Part shown: piece after piece, positions 9,177-17,299 of the stretch
Layout of the letters: every line of letters starts with the position of its first letter
Numbering within the stretch: position 1 is the stretch's first letter
Source: Candidatus Babeliales bacterium
GTDB taxonomy: Bacteria > Babelota > Babeliae > Babelales > JBFXEV01
Direction: 5' to 3'
DNA length: 64,000 nucleotides
NCBI GenBank assembly: GCA_050179755.1
Contig: JBFXEV010000001.1
Location: forward strand, 585,994-649,993
The notes under the pieces: generated by a model
What the model was told of the DNA's origin: nothing
The model's database searches: none
The model's input: the letters and a program-made list of their open reading frames with translations, nothing else
Program-made: the position numbers and the translations under genes

Positions 9177-11141
9177 ATGTTTGCAAAAATACGATTATTA
9201 AACGGTTTTCAAGAGCCATTATGGTATACCGTTCCAGAAACTCTTGCTTCAAGGTGTCTTGTGGGGTCACTTGTTGCAGCTCCACTTCAAGGGCGCACTG
9301 TCACGGGCGTGGTGGATGGTCTTTCTCACGCAGCTCCCAATGTGCCCTTTAAACTTAAGCCGATCATTGATCTGGAGCCGTTTCCTATTGACATTCAGTA
9401 TATCAGGTTTATGAAACAATTGGCATATTATTATCAACTTGATTATATGCTGTTGATCAAGCGCGTGCGCTCTTTTATACAGCAACGTGACGTTAAAACG
9501 AGAGTGCCACACAGCAACGATCGAGCGGGGCACGGGCATAAAGTTGTTAGCTTAACTGCCGAACAACAGGTTGTGTGCGATTTCTTAACGCCTGAAATTA
9601 CTCAAAAAAAGTATGCGCCAACGCTTTTGCATGGCGTAACAGGATCGGGAAAAACAGAAGTTTATAAACGGCTTATAGAGCATACAATAGCGCAAGGCGA
9701 TTCAGTTATGCTTTTGCTGCCCGAAGTATCTTTGGCAGTGCAATTTGCGCGGTTGCTGCGCGCGCAGTTACCTAAAGAGATTAAGCTGTATAGTTTTCAT
9801 TCAGCGTCAGGAAGTGCGGAAAAACGGGCACTTTGGCGCAGTTTGGTTCGAGGCGAGCCGGTTCTTATTCTTGGTGTACATTTGCCCGTTTTATTACCGA
9901 TTGCAAATTTAGGCCTTATTATTGTTGATGAAGAGCATGAGGTTGGTTATCAAGAAAAAAAGCATCCCAAAATCAATTCCAAAGAAGCTGCCATCTGGCG
10001 TGCTCATATGAATAACATTCCTATTCTTTTAGGTTCTGCAACACCTTCACTTTCATCGCTTGATAATGTAAAAACCAAGGGCTGGCATTTTTTTGAGCTT
10101 AAAAAACGGTTTGCGGGAATATTTCCTACGGTTAAAACGGTGAGTTTAAAAGACGCTAAAAATAGGCGTAATTTCTGGGTGACCACCGAACTTGAGCGCG
10201 CAATTAAAGCGCGTTTAGAACGAGGTGAGCAAACTATTATTTTCTTGAATCGTCGCGGATATAGCTTTTTTGTGCAGTGCAAAGCATGCAGTTTTATTTT
10301 TATGTGTAATAATTGTTCGGTCAGTTTAACATTGCATGAAGATGGCAGGCTCAGTTGCCATTATTGTGCATTACGCCAAGAATTATTGCCTGAATGCCCA
10401 GGTTGCAAAGCAAGTGCCAAAAATTATCTTAAAAAAGGTGTGGGTACGCAGCAAGTGGTATCTATTTTGGAAACTCTCTTTCCTAGCGCCCGCATTGCTC
10501 GTGCGGATATGGATACCACCGTGAATAAAAAGCAGTGGCAAGCAACGCTTGAACAGTTTGAGCATGGTGTGATTGATATTCTGGTTGGCACGCAAACGAT
10601 CACCAAAGGGTATCATTTTCCTAATGTAACGCTTGTTGGTATTTTGTGGGCGGATCTTAATTTACATTTTCCCATGTATAATGCCGCAGAAACTTGTTTG
10701 CAGCAACTTATTCAAGTGGCAGGCCGTGCAGGCCGAACGGGCAAGCCAAGCCAAGTGATTGTGCAAACGATGGTTGAGCATTCGATATTTAATTATCTTA
10801 ATGAAATTGATTACGTTAAGTTTTATGGCAGTCAAATGGAAAAGCGGCAAGAGAGTGGGTATCCCCCTGCAATGCGTCTTGCAGAGATTGAGCTGAAGTT
10901 TACTGATGAAGGTATTATTGAACAAGAGGCTCAGCAACTTGCAAAAGAATTACGTGCTGTCTGCGGTGAAGTCCTTGTGCTTGGCCCTGCTCGTCCGCCG
11001 GTACATAAAGTGAAGCACATTCACATGCGCAAGATTTACTTAAAATGTAGTTCTGTGTATCCCATGATGGCGCTATTTGGTAAGATTAAACGCAAGAGTT
11101 ATCAAAGTGCGATTTACTTTACGCCAAATCCATTATCTTAA
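9177..11141 (+). CDS. priA: Primosomal protein N' helicase
   Basis: LLHGVTGSGKTEVY, IIVDEEH, LGSATPS, FLNRRGY, four CxxC pairs, QVAGRAGR. Start set at ATG 9177 to avoid overlap with the divergent gene. Confidence 0.96.
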   Translation: MFAKIRLLNGFQEPLWYTVPETLASRCLVGSLVAAPLQGRTVTGVVDGLSHAAPNVPFKLKPIIDLEPFPIDIQYIRFMKQLAYYYQLDYMLLIKRVRSFIQQRDVKTRVPHSNDRAGHGHKVVSLTAEQQVVCDFLTPEITQKKYAPTLLHGVTGSGKTEVYKRLIEHTIAQGDSVMLLLPEVSLAVQFARLLRAQLPKEIKLYSFHSASGSAEKRALWRSLVRGEPVLILGVHLPVLLPIANLGLIIVDEEHEVGYQEKKHPKINSKEAAIWRAHMNNIPILLGSATPSLSSLDNVKTKGWHFFELKKRFAGIFPTVKTVSLKDAKNRRNFWVTTELERAIKARLERGEQTIIFLNRRGYSFFVQCKACSFIFMCNNCSVSLTLHEDGRLSCHYCALRQELLPECPGCKASAKNYLKKGVGTQQVVSILETLFPSARIARADMDTTVNKKQWQATLEQFEHGVIDILVGTQTITKGYHFPNVTLVGILWADLNLHFPMYNAAETCLQQLIQVAGRAGRTGKPSQVIVQTMVEHSIFNYLNEIDYVKFYGSQMEKRQESGYPPAMRLAEIELKFTDEGIIEQEAQQLAKELRAVCGEVLVLGPARPPVHKVKHIHMRKIYLKCSSVYPMMALFGKIKRKSYQSAIYFTPNPLS

Positions 11142-11148
11142 ACTTAAA

Positions 11149-12336
11149 TCATGAAATAATGAGAGATGTTAATTTGGGTAGTGATTGCCAGTCAACAAAT
11201 AAACCTGCAGATCGTTGTTGGTATTGTGTGCCGCCATACACAATTATATTATCTTTTGGGTTTGTGGCTGAAAGTTCATTCCAATAAGTCAATTCTTGGG
11301 TAAATCCTTGATTAATTGTCTTACCAGCTTTGATTTCGATTGGAATTAGCGTGGTTCCTTTTTCAATAATACAATCAATTTCATGTCCGCTCTGGTCTCG
11401 CCAGAAGTACATACGCGGGCGTCGATTGCTGTTATAATTTTGTTTGATGAGCTCAGAGATTACAAAAGATTCAAAGATACCTCCTTTAAGGTAGTGATTT
11501 GCAAGTTGATCTGAGGAGGTAATACCAAGCAATGAACAAGCAAGCCCTGTATCATAAAAATATAATTTTGAAGATTTTATAAGGCGTTTACTAAAGTTAT
11601 TGTGATAAGGTTGTACTTCAAAGCAAATATAACTTTGCTCTAAAATGGAAATCCATGCTTTAACTGTGGGCATAGTAACACCACAATCATTAGCAATTGC
11701 CGAATAATTAAGAATTTGACCTACTCTGCCAGCGCAAAGCCCCATAAATTTTTGAAACAAGCTTAAATCGGTGACATTTTTAATTAAACGTACGTCGCGT
11801 TCAATATAGGTATTTATATAATTGGGATACCAATCGAGCGGATCAAGCTTATCAGCCCAAATACGTGGATAACAGCCTTTAAAAAGCATTTCTTCAAGAG
11901 ATTCAGGCACCAGGTGAGCACCCGCTAATTCTTCCAGAGAGAAGGGAAGGAGTGTAAAAATTGAAACACGGCCAGCAAGTGATTGTGAAACCGCTTCGTT
12001 AAGTAAAATATTTTGAGAGCCAGTGATAACGTAATAACCTTTTTTCCCCGTTAAGTCTACGTCAGTTTGAATATAGCTTAAGAGATCTGGAGCATATTGC
12101 ACTTCATCGATGATGATTCCATTTGGGTTGCGGTGATGATCTAAAAAACCACGAGGGTCTTCTTTGGCAAATGCGCGATTATCAGGATTTTCAAGGGATA
12201 CATATCTATAGTCAGGAAACGCTGCGCGGGAAAGAGTGGTTTTGCCAGATTGTCGGGGACCCAGAATTTCTATTACGGGATATCCAGTTGCGGCTTTGAG
12301 TAAATAAGGTGTAAGGCTTCGCGGTATTATCTTCAT
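11149..12336 (-). CDS. AAA_14 / DUF4143 family ATP-binding protein
   Basis: GPRQSGKTT, IIDEVQ, TGSQ, LAGRV, KLYFYDTGL, FWRDQSGHEID..PIEIK. Confidence 0.92.
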   Translation of the reverse strand: MKIIPRSLTPYLLKAATGYPVIEILGPRQSGKTTLSRAAFPDYRYVSLENPDNRAFAKEDPRGFLDHHRNPNGIIIDEVQYAPDLLSYIQTDVDLTGKKGYYVITGSQNILLNEAVSQSLAGRVSIFTLLPFSLEELAGAHLVPESLEEMLFKGCYPRIWADKLDPLDWYPNYINTYIERDVRLIKNVTDLSLFQKFMGLCAGRVGQILNYSAIANDCGVTMPTVKAWISILEQSYICFEVQPYHNNFSKRLIKSSKLYFYDTGLACSLLGITSSDQLANHYLKGGIFESFVISELIKQNYNSNRRPRMYFWRDQSGHEIDCIIEKGTTLIPIEIKAGKTINQGFTQELTYWNELSATNPKDNIIVYGGTQYQQRSAGLFVDWQSLPKLTSLIIS

Positions 12337-12342
12337 GATTTT

Positions 12343-12418
12343 AGTATACCACTGTCATTTTGAATTTATCAAGGGTTTTCGTGATTTTGTTTGACCGATT
12401 CAAAATCATATTTTGAAT
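12343..12418 (-). promoter_or_regulatory. Promoter and candidate operator boxes of the AAA/DUF4143 gene
   Basis: TTGATA-18-TATACT; ATTTTGAAT box inside the spacer; palindrome ATTCAAAAT-cat-ATTTTGAAT at 12398-12418. Confidence 0.55.
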
Positions 12419-12528
12419 TTGCATAGAACAAACCTGGGTACATCGTTTTTTCAGGGATATATTAAAAATGGCATTCTAGAGCCGTAAATAAGTGCCGCAC
12501 TTTTTGGTGGCGGTTCTAATCTATTTTT

Positions 12529-14019
12529 TTATAAAATTTTTTGTAATTGTTGTAACGCAGTCATAAGATCTGCGACTGCACCCTCTAAAGCCGTTAGAGT
12601 TTGTGGTGGTGTTGGGCTTTTATGACTCATTGGTTGTGGTATTACTAGAGGTGCTGGACTTTCAGGCCTTTCTTGTTGCAATCTAGGTTGTCCCTGCGTT
12701 TGGCCTAATTGTTGTTCTTTCTTGTATAAAGCATTTTCAATTTCAATCAAAGGCAGCTGTTGTTCAAGCGGTAGCGCCACCTTAATTGCTTGTGCCAATT
12801 CTCGAGGAGTTTTATCTGGTGGAGGCACCTGCCCACTTTTTACTTGTGCAATGGTGCGAGGCTGTGTGTATGATCTAATTAATGGATTTGCGCCCTGAGT
12901 AAGTAATAATTTAACTAATTGAGGATTTTGTTGCGCAACCGCTGCATGAAGTGCCGTGAACCCATCTCTGTTTTGTATATTTGGATTTGTTGCAGGGCTT
13001 GTCGTTAGGAGCTCAATTAATGGATTTAGTACATTGTAAATCTCAGGTTCTTTAGTTGCTGATAAAAGTATTAAATGATACAGTGCCGTATTTCCGAAGT
13101 CATCTTGTATATTTTTGTTTTTTGCATGATTCAAAAGACTAAATAGTGCTTGCGCGGCACGCTGAATAATAGTCAATTTTTCATCAAGTATTGCGCGCGC
13201 TTTTTTAGCTTGTGTATATTCTTTAATTAACTCATTTAATGTTTCCAGCATTTTGTGAATTGGCGTATCTCCGTTGTTATTTTGAATATCGGGGCTTGCA
13301 CCATATTCAAGTAACTTATTTATTGTTAAAGGGTTGCCAGTAAAAAACATAGCGGCAGCGTGTAAAGGTGTATTGCCTGCTGCCGTTTGTAAGTTAGGAA
13401 GAGCCCCATGCGTCAGCAATTGATTCAGTAAAGCTGGATACACAAGAGATTCTGCTGCTGCAACATGAAGAGACGTTAATCCGAGATTATTTGGCGTGTT
13501 AGGATCAATTTGTTTCAAAAATTCAATTACGAGTGAACTTTCTTGCACATCTACTGCTCTATGCAGGAGCGTATCACCATTTTGAAAGCGTTGGTGTATA
13601 TCTTTTTGAGCTATAAAACGCAGTATTTGTTGGTATCTGGTGGTAAGCGTATTTTTTCTTTTTTGGTCTTTTTCTTTATCAATAAGTACTTTTAAAATTG
13701 CAAGAAAATCTTGGCCATTATTATTTAATTTAGTAATGTCGGCACCCATGCGCAATAATAAATTGATAGCTTCAGAATTTTCAAGAAAAGTAGCATAATG
13801 CAATCTTGTATTACCCAAGTTATCAGTAGCATTGATATCTTCGCTTTTGGTTATTATATTAACTTTTTCAGCAAGCCATGAAAAACTTGCATTTTTTGCT
13901 TTTTCTTGTGCAAGAAGCTCTAGATTTTGATCAAGGACCTCGAGAGCAATTGACTTGGTACACAGTATTTTTGCGTTAAGGAGTGTGCAGATTATCATGA
14001 GCACAAGTATTTTTCTCAT
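12529..14019 (-). CDS. Secreted ankyrin-repeat protein with Pro/Gln-rich tail
   Basis: Repeated GNTRLHYA, GNTPLHAA, GDTPIH, GFTALHAA; hydrophobic N-terminus. Confidence 0.92.
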   Translation of the reverse strand: MRKILVLMIICTLLNAKILCTKSIALEVLDQNLELLAQEKAKNASFSWLAEKVNIITKSEDINATDNLGNTRLHYATFLENSEAINLLLRMGADITKLNNNGQDFLAILKVLIDKEKDQKRKNTLTTRYQQILRFIAQKDIHQRFQNGDTLLHRAVDVQESSLVIEFLKQIDPNTPNNLGLTSLHVAAAESLVYPALLNQLLTHGALPNLQTAAGNTPLHAAAMFFTGNPLTINKLLEYGASPDIQNNNGDTPIHKMLETLNELIKEYTQAKKARAILDEKLTIIQRAAQALFSLLNHAKNKNIQDDFGNTALYHLILLSATKEPEIYNVLNPLIELLTTSPATNPNIQNRDGFTALHAAVAQQNPQLVKLLLTQGANPLIRSYTQPRTIAQVKSGQVPPPDKTPRELAQAIKVALPLEQQLPLIEIENALYKKEQQLGQTQGQPRLQQERPESPAPLVIPQPMSHKSPTPPQTLTALEGAVADLMTALQQLQKIL

Positions 14020-14050
14020 GGGATCTCTTATATTCTATATAATTTAATTG

Positions 14051-14686
14051 TTATGAGCCGCAACTTGGGTGTTTGTAACGAATGGTAGGATGAGTAATAG
14101 GTTCTTGTGCTGCAAATAAATGTTTATATTTTTTTGCAGCATAATCACGTGGCTTATTCCCGTGCATATCTTCTAATTCAAAATCAGGGTTATAGGGTGC
14201 GATAAAATCAAAAATGGCAATCAATGTTGTTTCATCAAAATGTTTTTCGCTTTGTTGTGCTAGTAAGTGAAGTGGTGATTGGCGTTCACTATCAAGTTCG
14301 TTTATTTTTGCTCCAGCTTCTAGCAATGCTATATAGATAAGTGGATTTGCTTGAACATCTTGTGTTGCAAGTCGTAGTAATGTTTGTCTGGTGTAAGCAT
14401 CTTGTTCTTGAAGCATAGTATAAGCTTCGTGAGACTTGGGATCTGCATTTAATTTATGATAGCATGTATGTTGTGCCCATTTTGGATGTGGTATGCGCGG
14501 CGCAGTACTTAGTGAGCGCATATGCAGCGTTGAAACAAGATTTGAATGAGGAGTTGCTGTTGAACTGTGGCGCGCAAGTGGTTGTGGTCTTAGTAAAGCG
14601 CTGATTCCTGCAAAGCGGCGCATTGCACATATGTTTGTAACGCTCGTGAATAATAATAGCATAATAATAATACGTAGATTCTTCAT
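14051..14686 (-). CDS. Secreted ankyrin-repeat protein
   Basis: LLEAGAKINELDSERQSPLHLLA, DMHGNKPRDYA; start at MKNL after a ggagagg RBS. Confidence 0.8.
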   Translation of the reverse strand: MKNLRIIIMLLLFTSVTNICAMRRFAGISALLRPQPLARHSSTATPHSNLVSTLHMRSLSTAPRIPHPKWAQHTCYHKLNADPKSHEAYTMLQEQDAYTRQTLLRLATQDVQANPLIYIALLEAGAKINELDSERQSPLHLLAQQSEKHFDETTLIAIFDFIAPYNPDFELEDMHGNKPRDYAAKKYKHLFAAQEPITHPTIRYKHPSCGS

Positions 14687-14761
14687 AACCTCTCCCATTT
14701 TGACAAAAAATAACCTTACATAGTTTAAGTGTAATTTTTTGGAGGCGAAATTATCAAGGGT

Positions 14762-15316
14762 TTATATAAAAAAGTGTTTTCTGAGCTGTTTAAGTAGCTC
14801 AATGGATTCACGAATGTCATCAAGTGCTCTATGTGCATCTTTTTTGGTTGTGTTTGCATCGGGGTCATTTGGGTACCAACGAGTAATAAGTTCTTTTACC
14901 GAGGATACGTCAATTTGTTTGTAATAAAGGTATTCAACGATACCTGGCATATATTTACTTAAGAAAATGCGATCTTGCCAAATAGAGCTTCCGGCAAGTA
15001 TGCCAGTATTGCGTGGACAATATAGTTGTATAAACATGAGCGTTTGCTCGGCTGCATCTTCTACCGTAGTGGTAGAATCTTGCGATGCTCTAATAAGCCC
15101 AGTTTTGCCATGTTGCTCCAAGCACCAAGGACTCATATTCATAAGGATGTTGTCTGGTTGATGAATTACCAAATTGGGGCCTTCATCAAGTATATTTAGC
15201 TGATCGTCAGTAATAATGGTGGCAATTTCAAGAATATGCTCTGTTTCAATATTGAGACCTGTCATTTCTAGGTCAATCCAGACAAAGTTTCCTCTTGGAT
15301 ATTCTTTTTTTTGCAT
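14762..15316 (-). CDS. orn: Oligoribonuclease
   Basis: VWIDLEMTGL, ILEIATIITD, IDVSSVKEL, HRALDDIRESIEL; start uncertain (15316 or 15331). Confidence 0.95.
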   Translation of the reverse strand: MQKKEYPRGNFVWIDLEMTGLNIETEHILEIATIITDDQLNILDEGPNLVIHQPDNILMNMSPWCLEQHGKTGLIRASQDSTTTVEDAAEQTLMFIQLYCPRNTGILAGSSIWQDRIFLSKYMPGIVEYLYYKQIDVSSVKELITRWYPNDPDANTTKKDAHRALDDIRESIELLKQLRKHFFI

Positions 15317-15368
15317 CGTAGCTCTTTTCATGGTAAAGGCAAATTGGCATCTATAGTACAAGAATTGT

Positions 15369-17174
15369 TTACTTTTTCAATAATTTTCTTTCATTATCTT
15401 TTTTTAATAAATCTAAAATGGTTTCTATAGTACGGTTTTTTTCACGAGCTTGTGCAAGTCTTAGTTGGTGCGTATTGAAAACGGCATCGCTTGTAGTTGT
15501 TACTCCAGGCATAGGTAGCATTTCTTCAGCTAAATCTAATGGGGTTTTTCCTTTTGCAAGCACGGGTGCATTTTTATATGTTGGTCTATGCTCCAAAGAC
15601 GTATCTGTTGCATTATTAAACACTGATGCAGTACGTGCAAGGAGTACTTTAACCCATTCAAGTTGTTGTAAGCCTACCGCCAGATGCAGAGCACCAAAAC
15701 CTTCTTTGGTTCTTCTATTAGGATTCGCGTCATGATAAAAAAATATTAAAATCGCTATCTTGCGTTTGGCATCGGTACATGTAGATAAGAGTAACTCATA
15801 AAAAGGAGTCACCCCAAGCCTGTTTTGTATATTTGGATCTGCTCCAGCACTAAGCATGTGTTGGACTGCCTCCGAATTTGATTCCTCATATGTTTTTAAA
15901 AGAAAGTGAAAAGAAGTTTCACCTAGCCAATTTTGAGTATTAGGATTTGCTCTATGTTTGAGCAAAGTGAGTAGTAATTTATGGCGGAAGAAACAGAATG
16001 ATTCAAGTTCTGCATGCGGTCTAAACACATAATGTAAAGCAGTTTCTCCGCTCCCATTTTGACTATCTATCGGTACGCCATGTTCTATCAAAAGATCTAT
16101 TAGTTTAGGGCGCGTTTCTTGAAACACTCTATCAGAACTGTGATGTTTTATTGCGTAATGCAAAGCATTTTCTTTTTCTTTATTGCCAAGTAATGGATTG
16201 GCGCCCTGCTTGAGAAATAAAGTAACTTGCTTTAATAATTGGGATGCATCAAATTCATTTATTGGGGTACTTGCAAGTAATAAATGGAGCGGTGTTTCGC
16301 CATTGATATCTTGCGCATTCACCGTAGAGGTTGCCATTGGGTGTTTGAGCAATAATTCTGTGCTGCTGTAATCTCTAATTTGTACCGCATAATGTAATCG
16401 TGTTTTGCCCGTTTGCTTGTCTTGTGCAGTTATTGTTTTATTTTCGCAAAGTTGTTTGATCGCACCTTCAAAAACAGTGTGACTAGCAGCAAGTAATAAT
16501 TTTTTATCAATAATCGCAAGAGCTGGATTGTCCAGCGCCCTACAAAGCATAACATTGTATGGCAATCTTTGGGCATAATCGAGTGTAGTTTGTCCGGCAG
16601 TAGTTTCAATCATTGGATTTGCGTTATAGGTAAGGAGTAGCGTGGCAACCTTAAATTGTTGAGAAGCTTCAAATTCATTTGACGTGGTAAAGCTTACGGC
16701 AAAATGCAGTGCTGTTTCTCCAGTTCCATCTGCAATATCAATTAATCCAGGTGATTCTTGTAATAACTGTTCTATGCAGGTAGTTTCTTGTAGCCATGTT
16801 GCCAAATGGAGACGAGTTCTTCCATGTGGGTCTTGTGCATTTATTGATGTAGTTTGTATCAGATCTGCAACTGCTTGTTGCACGTTACTATCAGCAGCTG
16901 CACGCAGTAATCGAGCGTCAATTTGCGCAAGCATGCTCAATGGTTCCTGTACATCCATCCGCCGTTGCTCCTCCGGAGCTCCCGCTACGCCTAAGCTATA
17001 GCGTGGCCAGATGGCGTGATTGGTATCACGTTCTTCGGCAAGTTCCCAGCCTTCGCGTGAAGCTACGGCGGGCACGGCAGGATGAGCGGACCTTGGCCAA
17101 GTCGGATCCATTGCATATATGTTGTGCGCAAATTGCAGTGATATGCATAAGAAAAAAATATTTTTTAACTTCAT
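15369..17174 (-). CDS. Secreted ankyrin-repeat protein with repeat-derived N-terminal segment
   Basis: Many GETALH/GETPLH repeats; signal peptide; residues about 29-73 encoded by palindromic repeats. Confidence 0.92.
   Translation of the reverse strand: MKLKNIFFLCISLQFAHNIYAMDPTWPRSAHPAVPAVASREGWELAEERDTNHAIWPRYSLGVAGAPEEQRRMDVQEPLSMLAQIDARLLRAAADSNVQQAVADLIQTTSINAQDPHGRTRLHLATWLQETTCIEQLLQESPGLIDIADGTGETALHFAVSFTTSNEFEASQQFKVATLLLTYNANPMIETTAGQTTLDYAQRLPYNVMLCRALDNPALAIIDKKLLLAASHTVFEGAIKQLCENKTITAQDKQTGKTRLHYAVQIRDYSSTELLLKHPMATSTVNAQDINGETPLHLLLASTPINEFDASQLLKQVTLFLKQGANPLLGNKEKENALHYAIKHHSSDRVFQETRPKLIDLLIEHGVPIDSQNGSGETALHYVFRPHAELESFCFFRHKLLLTLLKHRANPNTQNWLGETSFHFLLKTYEESNSEAVQHMLSAGADPNIQNRLGVTPFYELLLSTCTDAKRKIAILIFFYHDANPNRRTKEGFGALHLAVGLQQLEWVKVLLARTASVFNNATDTSLEHRPTYKNAPVLAKGKTPLDLAEEMLPMPGVTTTSDAVFNTHQLRLAQAREKNRTIETILDLLKKDNERKLLKK
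16958..17090. repeat. Nested in-frame repeats: family B inside C, and family B inside A
   Basis: + strand: tccgccgttgctcctccggagct[30 nt B, 16981-17010]atggcg. Minus strand: tccgctcatcctg[33 nt B, 17045-17077]aacttgccgaag. Confidence 0.75.
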
Positions 17175-17261
17175 AATATTCCTTTTATGCTAAGTATATC
17201 TCATGCTTAATGTCAGTCTACTTGAAAATAAATAAAAAATGTAAGCGTTTTAATTGCATTG

Positions 17262-17270
17262 TGGTATAAT
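17262..17270 (+). promoter_or_regulatory. Extended -10 promoter of ddl
   Basis: TGgTATAAT about 30 nt upstream of the ATG, followed by an agagg RBS. Confidence 0.55.
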
Positions 17271-17299
17271 AATGCCACTTATTTTAGAGAGGAAAATCT

